From contig CALSSJ010000019.1 of assembly GCA_943788985.1 (NCBI GenBank), positions 1 through 46,343 on the forward strand: a DNA stretch of 46,343 bases. The letters run 5' to 3'. Source of the DNA: an uncultured Lentisphaerales bacterium. Lineage in GTDB: Bacteria; Verrucomicrobiota; Lentisphaeria; JABSQK01; UBA12247. Below, in pieces: positions 41,642 to 46,343 of the stretch. Positions within the stretch are counted from its first letter, which is position 1, and the number at the start of each line of letters is the position of its first letter. The position numbers and the translations under genes are program-made. Below the pieces are notes generated by a model. It was not told the DNA's origin, searched no databases, and saw only the letters and a program-made list of their open reading frames with translations.

Positions 41642-42604
41642 TTACTCAGCCGGGAGGCTCCCGTGGAGTCGATAGGCCTGTAAGCTGTCGACGAGGTCGG
41701 GTAAGGTTTTGAACCGTTTTTTGCGCTCGAAGGCGAGAGCTTTGAGGCAGATTCGGTCGAGATCCGTGGGAATATCGCGCTGCGGCGCGGCTCGGCTGGG
41801 CTTCTCTGGGCGCTTGAGCAGGACTTGGGCCACTACGTCCTCGATCTCACCGCGCTTTACCAGCGGTTGCAGCGTAAGTGCCTCGTAGAACATGCTGCCA
41901 ATGTTATAGATGTCGGTGCCTTCATCGATACCGCTGTCCCCGCGGGCCTGCTCCGGTGACATGTACAAGGGAGTGCCGTAGCGCTTGCCGGGCTGGGTCA
42001 GGCCTGCATCAGTCATTTTGGCGGAGGAGCGCACGTCGTTGCCTTCATCGCCATGGACCTTAGCCAGGCCCCAATCGAGGACCGTAACTTCGCCAAATTC
42101 TCCGATCAGAATGTTTGCAGGCTTGAGGTCGCGATGGATCACACCGTGGGCGTGGGCATAAGAAACTGTCTGGCCGACCTGGATCAAAATGTCAATGAGG
42201 CGTGGTATCGGGAAATCCTGTGTCGTTTCCGGGCATTCTTCGACGAGCTTGGCGAAAATCTGGTCCAGATCGCGACCGACCAGCAGCTTCATCGTGAAGT
42301 AGAGATTCCCCGAGCGATCGCGGCCGATTTCATAGAGCGGCACAGTGCCAGGATGCGAAATCTTGGCGGTGACGCGTGCTTCGCGCAGGAATCGGCGGTT
42401 CGCCTGTTCCGAATCGCGGTATTCCGGGCGCAGCGTTTTATAAGCCACGTCCCGCTTGAGGTTTTTGTCATAGCAACGCTGAATGATGGACATGCCACCC
42501 TCACCAAGCGGGCGGAACCGGCCGTATTTGAGCGATCCGCTTAGCCAATGGCGCGGCAGATCACTGTCAGTTTCAGCGATATAGATCAGGTCGTCGTCGT
42601 GCAT
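41642..42604 (-). CDS. Cytoplasmic Ser/Thr protein kinase (Hanks type, DWG variant)
   Basis: LGEGG, VAYK, FLREAR, HRDLKPAN, LDWGLAK, GTPLYMSPEQ. SD gagggag precedes ATG 42604. Confidence 0.92.
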   Translation of the reverse strand: MHDDDLIYIAETDSDLPRHWLSGSLKYGRFRPLGEGGMSIIQRCYDKNLKRDVAYKTLRPEYRDSEQANRRFLREARVTAKISHPGTVPLYEIGRDRSGNLYFTMKLLVGRDLDQIFAKLVEECPETTQDFPIPRLIDILIQVGQTVSYAHAHGVIHRDLKPANILIGEFGEVTVLDWGLAKVHGDEGNDVRSSAKMTDAGLTQPGKRYGTPLYMSPEQARGDSGIDEGTDIYNIGSMFYEALTLQPLVKRGEIEDVVAQVLLKRPEKPSRAAPQRDIPTDLDRICLKALAFERKKRFKTLPDLVDSLQAYRLHGSLPAE

Positions 42605-42760
42605 GCGTGCGCTCCCTCGTGCATTTCGCTGAACTGTATGCAGGGGCGCGCAAAATAGCTTGCTGCAGTCCGTATAAATCATCTGCATCCTTCTCTGTTG
42701 CCCCTGCACAACATTCACGTATCGTACTGATTCGACGGAAACGACAGTTGGAGCGCTCAA

Positions 42761-44512
42761 ATGGCGAATGAAGACCAGGAAGAGACCATTCTGGATGATG
42801 AATTACTGGGTTCTCCAGAACGTCGTCGGCTTGAGAGGGTCTGTGAGAGCATGCTTGCTCGTCGGCATCCCGCGAATCGCTACCTGGTGCAGCGCGAGTT
42901 GGCGCGCGGTGGCATGGGGGTAATCAACGTAGTCCTGGACCAAGACCTGCGGCGGACCTCCGCGATGAAAGTCATGCCCCCGAAAATAGCGATGGATGAA
43001 ACCCGGCTGCGCCAGTTCGTGGAAGAGGCGCGAGTGACTGCACAACTTGAGCACCCGAACATTGTCCCGATTCACGACATTGGGATTCATCCAGAGACTC
43101 GCACACCGTTTTATGCGATGAAGTTGGTGGAAGGTCAGCCGTTTAATAAGGTGCTAGACCTGCTCGAACATGGAGGCCCAGAGGCGCGGGAGTCCTATGG
43201 GCGAGAGGCACTTCTTGACGTGTTCCGTTCTGTTTGCCAGGCCGTTGCCTACGCGCATTCCAAGGGCGTAATTCATCGCGACATCAAGCCTGACAACGTC
43301 ATGGTGGGCAAGTTTGGCGAAGTCCAACTCATGGACTGGGGACTGGCGAAGTACATCGGCAGTGAAGATGATGGCGAAGAGACAGGGAGCGTGCGCACCG
43401 TAGATCCGTTCAGTGCCGAACTGACGCAGGATGGCATCATCAAGGGCAGCCCGGCCTACATGGCACCCGAGCAAGCCTGCGGCGATGTCGAGGCGATCGA
43501 TGAGCGTACAGACATCTTTCTGTTAGGGGCGATGCTCTACCACATCTGCGCGTTGAAACCGCCGTATCTCGGCGAGTCGCTCATGGACATGGTCGTGAAA
43601 GCCGAGCTTTGTGATCACCCGCTGCCTCGTGAGGCGCATCCAGATGGAAAGGTTCCGGCTGCGCTTGAGCAGATCATCCTCAAGGCCATGTCTCCGCTGA
43701 AGGAGAACCGCTATCAGGGGGTTGAGGAGCTGATCCGCGAGATCGATGCCTTCACGCAGGGCCGCCGCGTCTGCGTGCGCAGGTTCTTTAAATTCCCGGC
43801 GAGCATCTGATCCGAACTGGCGGCCACGAGCGCGACACCCTTCGTGATCATTGAAGGGAAAGTCGAGGTCTACCGAACGTTGGACGGCCGTAATGTCTGT
43901 ATAGCGTCACTTGGGCCCGGTGACATCGTCGGGGAAATGGCGGCCATCTCCAAAGACACACGCTCTGCAAATGTGATTGCGAAGTCCGCAACCGATGCGC
44001 TGGCGATCTCTCAGGAATCCATCACTGACCGAACTGGCCAAGCTGCCCCCGTGGCTTGGACAGATCGTACTTTACGCTCGCCGATCCGCGTGCCGCCCGC
44101 CTCGATACCCAGTGCAATCCGGTGTTGCTCAACCGCAGGTTCTTCCCTATTATTCATCAGATCTACACCATTTACCCTCACTGCCGAGTTGCCTGGAAAA
44201 GGGCCAAATCAAGAGTTCGTTTGCGCGACCTGACGTGGTGCAGGAAGTCGCGATGCAGCTGAACATTGATCCGTCGGTGATCGACGCGGTGTTTTAATAT
44301 CCTGGTGGAATGCGGGTTACTCCGCAACGAAGGGCCCAGAACTGTTGGTGCGCGATCCAGAGACCTTTCGTTTCTTCGTGGATTATTGTCGGCAACGCTT
44401 TGAGCCGGAGCGTGGCGTACGACGAGTAAAAGCCCTGCGTCTCACGGGAAACAACGAAAGCACGTTCAAGCGGGCATTGCGCAAGCTCGAGTCATTGGCC
44501 GAACAGGGGTGA
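42761..44512 (+). CDS. Ser/Thr kinase fused to a cNMP-binding domain and a Crp-like winged helix; multiple frameshifts after 43790
   Basis: LARGGMG, HRDIKPDN, MDWGLAK, GSPAYMAPEQ. Reconstructed PGEHLIRTG...FVIIEGKVEV...LGPGDIVGEMA....RSANV, then QEVAMQLNIDPSVIDAVFNILVECGLL...LLVRDP; stop TGA at 44510-44512. Confidence 0.8.
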
Positions 44513-45396
44513 GCGAGCACACGCTGAAAGCCCGGCTGCGAGGGTGGCTCGAACTGCTGCGCCCGCCAAACCTGTTCTCCCGTCCCGGGCGACCCGATTA
44601 TCGGGGCTTTAGCGACGGGATATGTCGGCTCGCTGTCTGTGCTGTTGCCGCCGGGTGATCACTGTCTTGCTGGGCTACGCCTATGGCCTGGTCTTGAATG
44701 ACGTGGTGGACTACAAAGTCGATAGCGCAGAGCGTCCGGAGCGTCCCATTCCCAGCGGCAGAGTCCCGATTTGGGCTGCGATTCTGCTCGCCATTTCCCT
44801 GGCTGCGGCAGCCCTGGCGGTGAGCTGGGAGTGGGCTGAGTTCGTGCTAGCGCTGCTTGCACTGATCACTGCTTACAACCTTCTGAAACACGTTCCTCAC
44901 CTCGGAGAGATTTTGATGGCGTTGACCCGGGTCGGGAGCGTGGTATTGGGCTTCGTAGTTTGCTGGGAAGCGGTCCCCGCATACGATATTCTCGAGGCGG
45001 GAAATTTTCTTCTGGCGATCACGGCAGTTTTCGCCTACATCTTTATTCTGTCCGGCATTGCCCGCAACGAGATGCAATCGCTGCCAAGCCGTGGCTTGAT
45101 TTGGTGCCTTCGTATTCTTCCGATCGTGACATGCGCGGGACTTTTCCTGTATGGCAGCCCGCTATTTATGCCGCTGGGTAGTCTCTGGCTCTATTATTTC
45201 TGGGGCACCTGCAATCGGCTCGCTCGTGCCACCGAGTGTTGTCAGGTCCCGCCCCTCATCGGGCGCTTGATTCGCTGCTATATCCTGATGCAGGCCGCTA
45301 TGATCGCCGGGCTTGGGTCGTTCCTACCTCGGACTGGGAGTGGCTTTGTTGGCAATCGGAGCCACCATCGTCGGGCGCAAGTTATACGCGTCCTAA
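44509..45396 (+). CDS. UbiA-family prenyltransferase (EboC-like); +1 frameshifts
   Basis: GTG overlaps the upstream stop (GTGA). WLELLRPPNLF, GLVLNDVVD...D..ERPERPIPSG, AYN..K. Corrected end GRKLYAS* at 45396. Confidence 0.85.
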
Positions 45397-45475
45397 CCTC
45401 AGGCATCTTGTTGATTCCTGGCACGCCGCCTGAGCGAGGCTCATCCGCACGGCCCGAAAAATGGAAAACGGTACC

Positions 45476-45648
45476 GATCGTCCCTCAACCTCCTACACAG
45501 CTCGTATCGGATTGGGTTGAGCAGAGAGTTCGACGAGAGAGGTTGACGGAGCGGTAACCTGGAATCATCCACCCCTATCGTCCACCTGGTCTCCGCGAAG
45601 GAGTCGTGTGCACAGTGAAAGTTGTCCCGTTCGAGGACGAGGACGATT
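45476..45648. repeat. Dispersed repeat / MITE-like element, copy 2
   Basis: Homologous to 2441-2558. Ends atcgtccctc ... gaggacgaggacgat form an imperfect terminal inverted repeat. Confidence 0.8.
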
Positions 45649-45705
45649 GGTGCCACGGGTTTCCGCCGAATCAAGAGCCCTGAACCTAACCGCCCTGGAA
45701 AATCA

Positions 45706-45789
45706 GAACCCGAAGGGGTAGGCTCGTTATTCTTACGAGTAGCGTTTATTAACGCTGTGTATTTCACCTACGGCCCGCCCTTCGGGTTC
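45706..45789. repeat. Multi-stem inverted-repeat element (REP-like or structured RNA)
   Basis: Perfect 12-bp IR gaacccgaaggg / cccttcgggttc enclosing gtag/ctac and three short hairpins. Confidence 0.6.
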
Positions 45790-46015
45790 CTACATCGAAT
45801 GATGCGGCCAGAACCCGCGAGGTTTTCACGCCTTCTCAACTTTTCCTTGGGGAGGGGGATCGGCCACCCCGCCCCGGCTCGCTGGAGGAAGGAGATTAAG
45901 GAGGAAGGATTAAGGAAGTACGCGGTGATCTCTTGCCGCGCAGGCTGCGCTCCAGACCGGTATGGCAGAGGGGCGATGAAATCCGCAAACTGCGCGATAC
46001 TATCAGCGCCAGGCG

Positions 46016-46343
46016 CTACAAAGCGTCCGTGGCGATGTGATAATGCGGATCCGTTGTCACATCGACATCGACCAAATTCCCGGCCTTGTCCAACACCTGT
46101 TGGCACTCCGCCGAGAGATGGCGCAAGTGCAACGACTTACCTGCATCGCGATACCGCGAGGCGACCGCATTGATCGCCTCCAGTGCCGACCTGGTCATAG
46201 ACTCGCGTGTAGTAGAAGTCGATCACCACCTCGTCCGCATCGGATTCCGGAGTGAATAGCTGCTTAAAGGTAGTCACCGAGGCGAAAAAGAGCGGTCCGT
46301 GCATCTGGTAGCTCGTGCGGCGTCCCTCGTCTTCCGGTTTTGC
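46016..46343 (-). CDS. SulP-family anion transporter, C-terminal STAS domain (5' partial; +1 frameshift near 46192)
   Basis: [13 protein letters not shown]...F.P..D...VVIDF...RVYDQSALEAI....RY...GK.LHLRHLS..C. Confidence 0.88.

Noticed and set aside
42605..42760. 52-aa N-terminal extension of the minus-strand kinase
   Set aside because: It would leave no room for divergent promoters; a good SD precedes ATG 42604.
45706..45789. tRNA gene
   Set aside because: No T-loop (TTCRA) or D-loop consensus and no proper 7-nt anticodon arm on either strand.

Overview
GC-rich bacterial DNA. The gene content (ThuA, DUF1080, sulfatase, PATR repeats, DWG-type Ser/Thr kinases) suggests a PVC-superphylum organism; this is an inference. 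The sequence has many single-base insertions, often in homopolymers, that look like long-read errors, so several ORF fragments reassemble into intact genes. Left part (1-7.4 kb): carbohydrate-utilisation genes (ThuA, Gfo/Idh/MocA, CBM9-like, DUF1080) mixed with decayed relics. These are followed by gpmI and a secreted protein with four HxCxGxNxCxGLGGC motifs. Centre (10.1-36.5 kb): two tandem, paralogous giant secreted proteins of 3993 aa and about 4690 aa. Each has 21 or 24 Calx-beta-like repeats, two isopeptide/DUF11-type domains, an unassigned Cys-containing domain, a PVEL-like domain and a C-terminal C25 (gingipain/PorU-like) peptidase with intact His/Cys. Each is followed by a REP-like inverted-repeat element. 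Right part: a coupled operon of a Zn-ribbon kinase, a CSAD-motif PLP decarboxylase and a cystathionine gamma-lyase-family enzyme; a PATR relic; a divergent kinase pair, one fused to cNMP-binding and Crp-like wHTH domains; a UbiA prenyltransferase; repeat elements; and a partial SulP gene. Best candidates for new biology are the possibly self-processing C25-fused giant adhesins, the orphan bufferin-like Cys/His protein, the CSAD-type operon and the kinase-Crp fusion. All family assignments come from motif recognition by eye; no searches were run.
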